This document shows positions 9,806 through 21,428 of a stretch of 64,000 nt of DNA, piece by piece. The position numbers were made by a program, and so were the translations under genes. The notes below the pieces were generated by a model. It searched no databases. It was not told the origin of the DNA and saw only the letters and a program-made list of their open reading frames with translations. This DNA comes from Polyangiaceae bacterium LLY-WYZ-15_(1-7). Lineage in GTDB: Bacteria > Myxococcota_A > Polyangia > Polyangiales > Houyiibacteriaceae. The stretch is taken from NCBI GenBank assembly GCA_031800675.1, contig DAPKRU010000144.1, positions 15,101-79,100 of the forward strand, given 5' to 3'. Numbering within the stretch: position 1 is the first letter of the stretch; every line of letters starts with the position of its first letter.

Positions 9806-10777
9806 TCAGAGCCAGCCGCGCCGGCGGTAGTCGTCCCAGGCCTCGCGGGCGCCCTCGGCGAAGCGGTCGCGGGGGGTCCAGCCGAGCGTCTTCATGGCGC
9901 GCGTGGGCGCGCAGGCCTGGTGCGGCCGGGAGGCGTCGCGGACCTTGTCGAGGCCGAGCATCACGGGCCGATCCCGGAGCCGCCCAGCCAGCTCGCTCGC
10001 CGCGCCGATCCCCGCGAAGAGCGGCCCGGGCACGGGCAGCACGCGCACCCGCCGCCCGACGGCCGCCCCGATCGCCTCGGCCATGGCGCGGCGCGTGATC
10101 GGCTGCGGCTCGGCGACGTAGTAGACACCCGAGGGATGCGGCGCCTCGAGGGCCCGGGCGATCGCCTCGGCGCAGTCCCGGCCCGAGAGCAGCGAGAGCG
10201 TCCCCGCCGGGTGCACCATGGGCACGACGCCGCGCGCGGCGGCCCGGAAGAGCGGCACCATGCGGTGCTCCCCCGGGCCGTAGAGCGCCGGCGGGCGGAG
10301 GACGGTCACGCCGAAGAGCTCCGCGTGGCGCAGCGCCGCCTGCTCGGCCGCGCGCTTGCTCTTGCCGTAGTGCGAGCGCGGCGCGTCCGGGTCCTCCTCG
10401 CGGGCGGGCCGGCCGGGCGCCGAGGGCCCGTGGGCGGCGAGGGAGGAGACGAGCACGAAGCGATGCAGCGCGCCGTGCACGGCGGCGACCTCGAGGAGCC
10501 GGCGCGTCGTCTCCGTGTTGCCGCGGTAGAACCCCGCGACGTCGCGGACGATGCCCCCGCCGGCCGCGTGCACGAGGGCTTCGGCGCGGCGGATGGGCTC
10601 GGCGAGCTCCGCGGGGCGGGCGAGGTCGACGCGCACCACCTCGACGCCGCGCGCTTCGAGCTCCTCCGTTCGGCTGGTCGCGCGGGCGAGCGCCGTGACG
10701 CGATGGCCGCGCGCGAGGAGCCGGTCGACGAGGTGGCCACCGAGGAAACCGGTGGCGCCGGTGACGAGGACGCGCAT
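9806..10777 (-). CDS. NAD-dependent epimerase/dehydratase (extended SDR)
   Basis: MRVLVTGATGFLGG Rossmann motif, LVSSLAA, YGKSK (YxxxK), LRPPALYGPG. Confidence 0.93.
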   Translation of the reverse strand: MRVLVTGATGFLGGHLVDRLLARGHRVTALARATSRTEELEARGVEVVRVDLARPAELAEPIRRAEALVHAAGGGIVRDVAGFYRGNTETTRRLLEVAAVHGALHRFVLVSSLAAHGPSAPGRPAREEDPDAPRSHYGKSKRAAEQAALRHAELFGVTVLRPPALYGPGEHRMVPLFRAAARGVVPMVHPAGTLSLLSGRDCAEAIARALEAPHPSGVYYVAEPQPITRRAMAEAIGAAVGRRVRVLPVPGPLFAGIGAASELAGRLRDRPVMLGLDKVRDASRPHQACAPTRAMKTLGWTPRDRFAEGAREAWDDYRRRGWL

Positions 10778-11017
10778 CGGCCGCGACCCTATCCCGGGAG
10801 TCCGGCTCGGTCGAAGGGGCCCCGGGCTCGCCCGGCCGCTCCAGGGGCGCGCCGCTCGGCTGCGTCGGCGCGCCGTTCGTACGCCGGGGGCCGCCTTCGG
10901 CGACGAGCGCACGGTGGAGCGCACGGTGGAGCGCACGAGCGGTCCACCCCGGGCCCCGCGCCCCCCGTCCGCCGGACGCGCCCCCGCCCGGCTCCACCCC
11001 GCGCTACCATCCGCCCC

Positions 11018-12901
<1,884 letters not shown>

Positions 12902-12912
12902 ACTCGCGGCGC

Positions 12913-14574
12913 ATGCCGGAGACGGCGACAGAGGTCGACGACGCGCTCGTCGGCCAGGTGCTCGACGGACGGTATCGGATCGAGGCCAAGCTCGGCGAAG
13001 GCGGCATGGGCGGCGTGTACCGGGCGCTGCACCTGAAGCTCGAGCGGCCGGTCGCCGTGAAGGTGCTGCACGAGACCTTCCGCGACGCGAAGGACGTGGT
13101 GCAGCGCTTCGAGCGCGAGGCGCGCACGCTCTCCACGCTCCAGCACCCGAACATCGTCACCATCACCGACTTCGGCGTGGCCGAGGGGCTGCCCTACCTG
13201 GTGATGGAGCTCATCGAGGGGACGGACCTCGACACGCTCGTCGAGACCGGCGGGGCGCTCCCCGTGGAGCGGACCCTCGCGCTCATGACGCAGGTGCTCC
13301 GGAGCCTGAGCTACGCGCATGCGAGCGGCATCGTGCACCGGGACCTGAAGCCCGGGAACGTGCTCCTGCGCGTGCTGCCCGACGGGACCGATCACGTCGA
13401 GGTGCTCGACTTCGGGCTGGCGAAGTTCATCGACGACGGGAGCGCTGGACGCCCGGCGAGCCCGAAGCTGACGCGCGCCGGGACCATCCTCGGCACGCCC
13501 GCCTACATGGCGCCGGAGCAGATCGAGGGGCAGGCGGCCGTGGACGCGCGGACGGATGTCTACGCGGCGGGCGTGATGTTCTTCGAGCTCCTCGCCGGGC
13601 GGCTGCCCTTCCTGCACGAGGACCCGGGCTCGATGCTGCGCGCGCACCTCGTCGACACGCCGCCGAAGCTGCGCGGGCTCCGGCCCGAGGTGCCCGCGGC
13701 GCTCGAGGCGCTGATCGAGCGCGCGCTGGCGAAGGCCCCCGAGGCGCGCTTCGCGGACGGCGGCGCGATGCTGGCGGCGCTCGAGGAGCTGGAGCTCGAG
13801 GAGCCGGGCGCGCTCGACCAGGTGACGGGGAAGATCAAGGCGCTCGGCGAGGGCTGGCGCGAGGTCTCGGACGAGCTCCGGCTGCCGGAGCGGCTCTCCT
13901 TCGTCGAGGAGCGGGTCTCGCGGGCGCAGTCGAAGCTCCCCGAGCCGCTCCGGAAGGTGCCGCCCCTGGCGCTCCTCGGCGGGACCGCGGCGCTCGGGCT
14001 GCTCCTGGTGGTGCTGCTGGGCGTGGCGCTCTGGCCGAGCCCGCCCACGCCGCCGCACGCGCCGGGCATCCCCGTGCTGCCGCCGCTGCCCGAGGGGGTG
14101 GCCCTCGAGGACGTCGAGCATGCCGAGGGGCTGCCGGAGGCGCAGAACCCCTGGGAGCGGGGCGACGTGCCCGAGCACCTCGTGCCGCTGAAGGCGAAGC
14201 TGGACGCCGGGCGGCGGCTCGGGCGGCGCGAGGTGGGGACCATCACCATGGTGGGCCGGGACCACCCGGACGATTGCCGGCCGAAGCTGCTCCACGCGCG
14301 GGCCTGGGCGGCGCGGCGCTGGCTCTCGAACGCGCGGCCGATCTACCTGGAGGCCTTCGAGATGGACCCGAGCTGCCGGGGGGACCCGGCGATGCTGGCG
14401 GACTTCATCGAGATGGCGATGACCGAGACGCTCGAGGAGGAGGCGTCGCAGGACATCGTGCGCATCTGGGGGGAGGAGGCGGAGGAGGCCGTGGAGGCGC
14501 GCCTCGAGGACGAGGAGGCGTCGCTCCGGCCGGTCGAGCGGCGGCGCCTCGAGCGGCTCCTCGACGTGCTCTGA
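12913..14574 (+). CDS. Ser/Thr protein kinase, single TM, helical extracytoplasmic domain
   Basis: LGEGGMG, VAVK, HPNIV, HRDLKPGN, DFG, GTPAYMAPE; TM segment LLGGTAALGLLLVVLLGVALW. Confidence 0.93.
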   Translation: MPETATEVDDALVGQVLDGRYRIEAKLGEGGMGGVYRALHLKLERPVAVKVLHETFRDAKDVVQRFEREARTLSTLQHPNIVTITDFGVAEGLPYLVMELIEGTDLDTLVETGGALPVERTLALMTQVLRSLSYAHASGIVHRDLKPGNVLLRVLPDGTDHVEVLDFGLAKFIDDGSAGRPASPKLTRAGTILGTPAYMAPEQIEGQAAVDARTDVYAAGVMFFELLAGRLPFLHEDPGSMLRAHLVDTPPKLRGLRPEVPAALEALIERALAKAPEARFADGGAMLAALEELELEEPGALDQVTGKIKALGEGWREVSDELRLPERLSFVEERVSRAQSKLPEPLRKVPPLALLGGTAALGLLLVVLLGVALWPSPPTPPHAPGIPVLPPLPEGVALEDVEHAEGLPEAQNPWERGDVPEHLVPLKAKLDAGRRLGRREVGTITMVGRDHPDDCRPKLLHARAWAARRWLSNARPIYLEAFEMDPSCRGDPAMLADFIEMAMTETLEEEASQDIVRIWGEEAEEAVEARLEDEEASLRPVERRRLERLLDVL

Positions 14575-14831
14575 GCCCCCGCTCGCTCTTCGGCGAAGAG
14601 GCGGCCGGCCGGGCTCCGGCGACGCTCGGGAAGCTCGTCCGGGAGGCTCGTCTCGGGAGGATCCGGCGGAGCGCCTTCGCGGCGGAGGCCGCGATCCCCG
14701 GGCGTCCCGCGGGGCTCGCGCGGCCGTTCGGAAGAAAATCGAGAAACCCGTGAACCGATCGGCGCCCTTCGTCACTTGCCCGGTGCAGGGGGGCCGGTGA
14801 GCCCCTCGCATCGACCGAAGGAGCGTGTGAG

Positions 14832-16058
14832 ATGGGTTCGACCGGGTACCGTTCGAGAGCCCCGCGGTGGAGCATCCCCGCGGCCCTCTGTTTCCTGCTC
14901 GTGGGCCTCGTGGCCTGCGGCGACGGCGACGGCGGTGCCGTGGACGCCGGCGATGGCGATGCGGGCGTCGCCATGATGGACGACGCCAGCACCCCGCCCT
15001 CCGACGGAGGCATGCCCGGCGAGGACGCCGCGACCCCGGACGAAGACGGGGGCCTCGCCGACGGCGGCGCGGAGCCGGACGCGAGCACCTGCCCGCGCGG
15101 CTACGCGGGCGAGGACTGCATGGAGTGCGCCGAAGGCTGGGTCGAGGGCATGGACCGGGAGTGCATCCCGGGCTGCGACGCGACCGGGGAGGACGCCTTC
15201 GAGTGCGGCCCCGGCTCCGAGTGCCTGCTGAGCCCCGCCGACGGCTTGCGCTACTGCGTCTGCCTCGACGGCTACGAGGGCGAGATGTGCGACACGTGCT
15301 CGGAGGGCTTCGAGCGCGTCGGGAGCACCTGCCGCCTGATCTCGCCGCCGGCCCTCGGCCTGGCCCTCTGGCTCGACGGCGACGCGATGGACTCGATCGA
15401 CGTCGACTCGGAGATGCGCCTGACGGACTGGCGCGACCGGCGCGGCCTCGGCGGGATCGTGGCCACGCCGACCACCGGGATCGCCCGGCCCCTCTACCGG
15501 CCGGAGGGGCGGAACGGCCGGGGCGCCGTCGACTTCGACGGCGAGAACGACCAGCTCATCGTGAACGGCTTCACGGGGCTGAGCTCGACGGACATCGAGG
15601 TCGTCGTCGCGGGCGAGTTCCGCGGTGAGCTCCCGGCCGGCATCTTCGGCGCCCTCACGGGCACCTCCGCCTGGGCCTTCATGATCGAGCGCTCGGCGGA
15701 TCGCGACTTCCGCGTCCTCTTCCGCAACCCCCCCGGCACCTCGGGCGGCGTGGAGACGGTGGTCGAGCGCGACGCGCCGGCGGGCCCGATGTACGTCGCG
15801 GCCACGCACATGGCGAGCTCGAGCAACGACACGCTGGCCATCTTCGCGGCCGACGGCGCGGACGAGTCCTCGGGCTTGCACCTCTTCGGGGCGCCGAGCT
15901 CGCCGCTGCCGAGCCCGCTGAACCTGCGCATCGGCCGCACGCAGAACGGCCGGCTCCTCGGGCGCGTCTACGAGGTCCTCGTCTACTCGCGCCGCCTCTC
16001 GGTCTCCGAGCGGGCGGAGGTGGCGACCTACCTCCGGGCGAAGTGGAACCTCCCCTGA
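14832..16058 (+). CDS. Lipoprotein with EGF-like Cys repeats and a LamG/ConA-like domain
   Basis: Lipobox LVA-C; DAG linker; CPRGYAGEDC and CVCLDGYEGEMC; LALWLDGD..VDFDGEND..EVLVYSRRLS..YLRAKW. Confidence 0.8.
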   Translation: MGSTGYRSRAPRWSIPAALCFLLVGLVACGDGDGGAVDAGDGDAGVAMMDDASTPPSDGGMPGEDAATPDEDGGLADGGAEPDASTCPRGYAGEDCMECAEGWVEGMDRECIPGCDATGEDAFECGPGSECLLSPADGLRYCVCLDGYEGEMCDTCSEGFERVGSTCRLISPPALGLALWLDGDAMDSIDVDSEMRLTDWRDRRGLGGIVATPTTGIARPLYRPEGRNGRGAVDFDGENDQLIVNGFTGLSSTDIEVVVAGEFRGELPAGIFGALTGTSAWAFMIERSADRDFRVLFRNPPGTSGGVETVVERDAPAGPMYVAATHMASSSNDTLAIFAADGADESSGLHLFGAPSSPLPSPLNLRIGRTQNGRLLGRVYEVLVYSRRLSVSERAEVATYLRAKWNLP

Positions 16059-16430
16059 GCCCGGCGACGTAGCGGCGACGGAAGCGCGCGCCGGGGCCGA
16101 GGGGGGCTCCGGCGCGCGCGTCCGTCGTCCGCCCCGGGTCCCCGGGCATCGAGGGCGAGCCCGGACGACGGCGAGGACTCGGACGGCGAGTCGTCTTCGT
16201 GCTCGTGCACTTGCTCTGCTCGTGCTCGACTCCTCTGGAGCGAGCTTCGTCCGAATGCCTTCGACGGATCGGCGACCCACGCGCCCGCTCCGCACGCGAT
16301 CGACGCGAGTGCGGGGCCGGCCTCCGAGAGCAGCGAGCGCTCCGCCTCTTCGGGCGATCGAGGACGAGCACGTGCACGTGGGCGGGGCGCGGGCCGTGGG
16401 CGTGGCCTCGCGGAGTGCTACCCTCGCGCG

Positions 16431-17021
16431 ATGGACGATCGCGCGCGGCTCGCGGCCTGGCGGGAGGGGGACGGCGCGGCCGGCGAGGCGCTGATCCACG
16501 CCCACTACGGCGCCGTGCTGCGCTTCTTCCGCAGCAAGGCCTGTGAGGACGCCGACGATCTCGTCCAGCAGACCTTCCTCCGCACGCTCGAGCATGCCGA
16601 CCGCTTCCGCGGCGACGCGAGCTTCCGCAGCTTCCTCTTCGGCGTCGCGCGCAACGTCCTCTTCGAGCACTACCGCGCGAAGGTCCGCTCCGGGCGGCCG
16701 CCCCCCGACTTCGGCGTCAGCTCGATCCTCGACCTCGAGCCGCGCGCCTCGACGCTCCTCTTCCGCCGCGCCGAGGAGCGCGCCCTCGTGCAGGCGCTCC
16801 AGGGCATGCCCGTCGAGCTGCAGATCGTGCTCGAGCTCTATTACTGGGAGGAGCTCTCCGTCGACGAGGTCGCGGCCGCCGTCGAGGTCCCGCCCGGCAC
16901 GGTGAAGAGCCGGCTCTTCCGCGGGCGCCAGCTCCTGCGCGAGGCCCTCGAGCGGGACCCCTCGGGGCTCCTCGGCCCGGAGGGCGCGGACGGCCTGATG
17001 CGCGCCGCTCGACCCGACTGA
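16431..17021 (+). CDS. ECF RNA polymerase sigma-70 factor
   Basis: DADDLVQQTFL, FRSFLFGVARN (region 2); LELYYWEELSVDEVAAAVEVPPGTVKSRLFRGR (region 4 HTH). Confidence 0.95.
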   Translation: MDDRARLAAWREGDGAAGEALIHAHYGAVLRFFRSKACEDADDLVQQTFLRTLEHADRFRGDASFRSFLFGVARNVLFEHYRAKVRSGRPPPDFGVSSILDLEPRASTLLFRRAEERALVQALQGMPVELQIVLELYYWEELSVDEVAAAVEVPPGTVKSRLFRGRQLLREALERDPSGLLGPEGADGLMRAARPD

Positions 17022-17048
17022 CGCCGCGGGTATGCTCGGGCGCCTTGG

Positions 17049-19784
17049 GTGAGTGACGTGGGTGAGGTGGGCGAGGTGGCCGAGGCGAGCGAGCAGGAAG
17101 AGGAGCGCGTCGAGCGCCTCCTCCGCGACGCGCGCCCGGAGCGGCCGAGCGCCGCCTCCCTGGAGCAACGCCTGGCCGTCGCCGACATCCTGGCGAAGGC
17201 CGGCTCGAAGAGCGCCCCCACGCAGCTCGACGGGCTCACCATCGAGGCGCGCATCGGCGGCGGGGCGATGGGCGTCGTCTACCGCGCGCACGACCCGACC
17301 CTCGGCCGCACGGTCGCCGTGAAGCTCCTGCGCGGGGCCCTCGAGCGCGCCCGGCGCGAGCTGATCGTCGCCGAGGCGCGCGCGCTGGCGCAGCTCAGCC
17401 ACCCGAACGTCGTGACCGTGCACGCCATCGTCGACCGCGACGACGAGCTCTACTTCGTCATGGAGCACGTCCCGGGGGTCACGCTCCGGCGCTGGCTGGA
17501 CGCGCGCCCGTCGGCCTCCTGGCGCGAGGTGCTCGCCTGTTTCCTCCAGGCCGGCCGAGGCCTCGACGCCGCCCACGCGGCCGGGCTCGTGCACCGCGAC
17601 TTCAAGCCGGAGAACGTGCTCGTCGGCGACGACGGGCGCGTCCGGGTCGTGGACTTCGGCCTGGCGCGGGCGCTCGTGGCCGACGATCCGGGCGCCGTCG
17701 TCGGGAGCCCGCACTACATGGCGCCGGAGGTGCGCGCCGGGCAGCCGGCCACGCCCGCGAGCGATCAGTACGGCTTCGCCCGAGCGCTCGCCGACGCCCT
17801 CGCGGGCCGCGGGGCGCCGCCGAGCCTGGCGGCGGCCCTCGGCCGAGCGCTGGACGAGGATCCGGGCGCGCGCTTCGCCACGATGGAGGCGCTCCTCGGG
17901 GAGCTCGCGGGAGCGCGGCGGGGCCCGGCGCGGAGCACGCGGGCGCTGCTCGCCGAGCGCGTGGAACGGCTCTGGCTCGAGGGGGTGCTCGAGCGCGCGC
18001 TGGACGGGAGCATGCTCGCGGAGATCCCCCTCGAGGCGGCGCCCGAGCTGGTCGACGCGCCCTGGGAGGCGTGGGGGAGCCGGCCCGAGGGCGCGCGGGA
18101 GCGCTGGCGCTCGACGGAGCTCGGGCAGGTGCTCTGGGACGCGCACGAGAGCCTGCTCCTCGTCGGGCCGCCCGGGAGCGGGAAGACCACGCTGCTCCTC
18201 CAGCTCTGCCGCGAGCTCCTCGCCGCCGCCGAGCGCGACGCCGACGCGCCGACGCCGGTGGTCCTCAGCCTGAGCACCTACCACGCGCCGGACCCGAGCG
18301 CGGCGCAGCCCGGGCGGCACCTCGCGCGCTGGCTCGGGGACGAGCTCGTCGCCAAGTACGGCCTGCCGCGCCCGAGCGTGGTGCGCTGGCTCGAGGAGGG
18401 CGCCCTGGCGCTCCTGCTCGACGGGCTCGACGAGAGCGAGCCGGGGCACCGGGGCGCGATGGTGCGGGCGCTGAACGACTTCCGGGAGGAGCACGCGGTG
18501 CCGGTGGTCGTCGCCTGCCGCGAGGAGGAATACGAGGCCGCGGGGGAGCGGCTCCACTTCGGCGGCGCGCTCCGCATCCTGCCCCTCGAGGACGACGCGC
18601 AGGGGGCGCTGCTCGAGGCGCTCGGCGCGGGCCCGGTGCGCGCGCGCGTGGAGGCCGAGCCGGCGCTCCGGGAGCTGCTCCGCAACCCGCTCCTGCTGAC
18701 GCTGCGCGCGCGCCACGGAGGCGGCGGCGTGGCGCGCGGTGAAGTCTCCGGCGGTGATGCCTCCGCCGATGCGTCCAGCGCCGAGTCCGTCTCGGGCACC
18801 GGGTGGCGTGAGGTCTGGGCGCCCTTCGTCGAGAGCGCGCTCGGGGACGTGGCGCCCGCGCGGCGGGGCCCGCTCCTCGGCCGGCTGAGCTACCTGGCGC
18901 GCGCCATGCGGCGGCGGAGCGTCTCGGACCTCTGGCTCGAGCGGCTCGACTTCGGCTGGCTCGAGCGGGGGACCGACCGGGTCGCGGGCTACCTCGTGGG
19001 CGCGCTCCTCGTGCTCGCCGTGGGCGTGGGCCTGAACACGGCGACCACCCTGGCGGGCAACCCGCTCCCCTCCGCGCTGACCTTCGGCTTCGCCGTCACG
19101 CTCGGCTCCTTCGCCTACACGCTCGGCCGCATCAAGCCCGTCGAGCGCCTGCGCTGGTCCTGGCGCCGGGCGCTGAAGCTCTTGCCCCTCACCATGGCCT
19201 GCGCGGCCGCGGTCGGGCTGGCGGAGGGCCTCCAGTTCAACCTGTGGAAGAACCTCGTGGGCGCCGGCCTGACCGCGCTCGTGCTCACGCTCGCCTTCGC
19301 CCTCGACGCGAGCCCGCTGCCCTCGCGCATCGCGCCGAACCAGGGCATGCGCCGCTCGCTCCACTACGCCTTTGGGGTGTCCATCGGGGTCGGCGTCCCC
19401 GTGGGGCTGCTCTTCGCGTTCGTCTTCGAGCCCTACCTGCTGGCGCCGCTCCGGGAGGTCGCGGAGCACGACGGAGACCCGCGGGTGGTGGTGGGCTTCG
19501 CCGTCGGGCTCTTCGTGCTGACGGCGCTCTTCCTCATCTACGGGGGCTTCGCCGTGATCATGTACGGCGTGCTCCGGCTCTGGCTGGCGCTGAGGACGCC
19601 GCTGCCGCTGCGGCTGCAGGACACGCTCGACGAGGCGGTCGCGGTGGGCTTCATGCGGCGCGTGGGGGGCGGCTACGTCTTCCTGCACCGCACGCTGCTC
19701 GACCACTTCGCGAGCGAAGCGGACCGGGAGGACGCGGGCCGGGGTGAAGCGGCGCCGGGCGGGGCGCCGAGAGCCGAAGGCTGA
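17049..19784 (+). CDS. Ser/Thr kinase - NACHT NTPase - multi-TM fusion protein
   Basis: Kinase motifs GGGAMG, VAVK, HRDFKPEN, DFG, YMAPE; Walker A GPPGSGKTT; Walker B LLLDGLDE; NPLLL; TM helices; C-terminal RRVGGGYVFLHRTLLDHFA. Confidence 0.88.
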   Translation: MSDVGEVGEVAEASEQEEERVERLLRDARPERPSAASLEQRLAVADILAKAGSKSAPTQLDGLTIEARIGGGAMGVVYRAHDPTLGRTVAVKLLRGALERARRELIVAEARALAQLSHPNVVTVHAIVDRDDELYFVMEHVPGVTLRRWLDARPSASWREVLACFLQAGRGLDAAHAAGLVHRDFKPENVLVGDDGRVRVVDFGLARALVADDPGAVVGSPHYMAPEVRAGQPATPASDQYGFARALADALAGRGAPPSLAAALGRALDEDPGARFATMEALLGELAGARRGPARSTRALLAERVERLWLEGVLERALDGSMLAEIPLEAAPELVDAPWEAWGSRPEGARERWRSTELGQVLWDAHESLLLVGPPGSGKTTLLLQLCRELLAAAERDADAPTPVVLSLSTYHAPDPSAAQPGRHLARWLGDELVAKYGLPRPSVVRWLEEGALALLLDGLDESEPGHRGAMVRALNDFREEHAVPVVVACREEEYEAAGERLHFGGALRILPLEDDAQGALLEALGAGPVRARVEAEPALRELLRNPLLLTLRARHGGGGVARGEVSGGDASADASSAESVSGTGWREVWAPFVESALGDVAPARRGPLLGRLSYLARAMRRRSVSDLWLERLDFGWLERGTDRVAGYLVGALLVLAVGVGLNTATTLAGNPLPSALTFGFAVTLGSFAYTLGRIKPVERLRWSWRRALKLLPLTMACAAAVGLAEGLQFNLWKNLVGAGLTALVLTLAFALDASPLPSRIAPNQGMRRSLHYAFGVSIGVGVPVGLLFAFVFEPYLLAPLREVAEHDGDPRVVVGFAVGLFVLTALFLIYGGFAVIMYGVLRLWLALRTPLPLRLQDTLDEAVAVGFMRRVGGGYVFLHRTLLDHFASEADREDAGRGEAAPGGAPRAEG

Positions 19785-19962
19785 GCCGCCGGGCGGCGGT
19801 CGACTTCGCGACGAGCCGGCGCGCACCTGGCGTCCGGAGGACGGGCTCGCAGGAGCCTCCCCCGAACGGGGCGTCCGCGAACGGGGCGTCTCCGCTCGGA
19901 CACGGAGCGTTTCGCCCCGCGCGCGTCTGCGTCGGCTACCCCGAGGGGCTGCGGAGGTGCTC

Positions 19963-21270
19963 ATGGCGCGCGTGATCCTGGTTCTCTCTCTGATGACGAG
20001 TCTCGGCTGCGGGGACGACGACCGGGCGGCCGGAGACGCGGGCGACGCCATGGACGCGGGCGGCGCCATGGACGGCGGAGCGCGCGACGCCGGCGAGCCG
20101 GACACCGGGCAGCCCGACGCCGGCGCCTCCGACAGCGGGGCGGATGGCGGCGCGCTCGACGCCGGGCGCGCCGACGCCGGCGAGCCGGACGCGGGCGCCG
20201 CCGACGCCAGCACGGACGCCGCGATGGCAGACGCCGCGATGACCATGGACGCCGCGATGGCAGGCGATGCTGCGATGACAGGCGACGCCGCGATGGCCAT
20301 GGATGCCGCCATGGGCGACGCCGGCCCGGGCGGCTGGGTCCTCGGGACGCTCGCGGGCGGCGACGCGCCCGGGATGGCCGACGGCACCGGCGCGGCCGCT
20401 TCCTTCCGCACGCCCTCGGGCCTCGGCCTCGACGCCGACGGCAACGTGCTCGTCGCCGATCGGGACAACGGCCTGATCCGCCGCGTCACGCCCGCCGGCG
20501 TCGTCACCACCCTCGCCATGCCGAGCCTCGACGAGCCCGCCGACGTCATCGCGCTCCCGGACGGCACCCTCGTCGTCGCCGACCGCGGCGCCCACTGCCT
20601 CCGCGCGCTCAGCCCGGCCGGCGTCGAGAGCGTCTTCGCCGGCGCCTGCGGCACGAGCGGCCGCGCGGACGGCGACGCGACCGGCGCGGCCCGCTTCGAC
20701 CGCCCCGTGCGCCTCGCCCTCGACGGCGCCGACGTGCTCGTCGCCGACAACCGCAACAACGCCATCCGCCGCGTCTCCGCCGGCGAGGTCACGACCCCCG
20801 TCGGCACGCTCGAGAGCCTCGGTGACGCGAGCTACACCGGCGCCCTCCCCGGCCGCCTCTACTACCCCTGGGGCGTGCTCACGGACGGCACGGCCATCTG
20901 GACGGCGGGCCAGGATCACTGCGTCCGCGAGGCCGTCGGCGGCAGCCTGAGCGCCCTCGCGGGCCTCTGCCGCAACTTCTCCAACACCGGCGACGCCGAC
21001 GGCCCCGGCGCCGACGCGCGCTTCGACTGGCCCCACGGCATGGCGCTCCGCGAGGGCGAGATCGTCCTCGCCGACCAGAGCAACCACCGCATCCGCGTGG
21101 TCGCCGGCGACGGCACGACGCGCACCATCGCCGGCACCACCGCCGGCTTCCTGGACGGCCCGGCCGCGAGCGGCCAGCTGAACGGCCCGACCGACGTCGC
21201 CGTCGCCGCCGACGGCACCATCTACGTCGCCGACGCCCAGAACCACCGCGTCCGCACCCTCCGCCGCTGA
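19963..21270 (+). CDS. NHL-repeat beta-propeller lipoprotein
   Basis: Lipobox SLG-C; DAG/DAAM linker; repeated F..P.GL.LD.DG.VLVAD..N..IRRV blades. Confidence 0.9.
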   Translation: MARVILVLSLMTSLGCGDDDRAAGDAGDAMDAGGAMDGGARDAGEPDTGQPDAGASDSGADGGALDAGRADAGEPDAGAADASTDAAMADAAMTMDAAMAGDAAMTGDAAMAMDAAMGDAGPGGWVLGTLAGGDAPGMADGTGAAASFRTPSGLGLDADGNVLVADRDNGLIRRVTPAGVVTTLAMPSLDEPADVIALPDGTLVVADRGAHCLRALSPAGVESVFAGACGTSGRADGDATGAARFDRPVRLALDGADVLVADNRNNAIRRVSAGEVTTPVGTLESLGDASYTGALPGRLYYPWGVLTDGTAIWTAGQDHCVREAVGGSLSALAGLCRNFSNTGDADGPGADARFDWPHGMALREGEIVLADQSNHRIRVVAGDGTTRTIAGTTAGFLDGPAASGQLNGPTDVAVAADGTIYVADAQNHRVRTLRR

Positions 21271-21428
21271 GCCGGGCGACGGTGCACGCCGCCGAAGGTG
21301 CTCGACCTCGAGGCGATGACGCGCTTCTGTCGTGCACGACGTCCATCCATCCGCTCGCTCGTTTCCGAAGGCGAAGCCATCGACGGCGAAGCCATTGACT
21401 GTGGAGCACATCGAGGGAGAGTCGGAGG

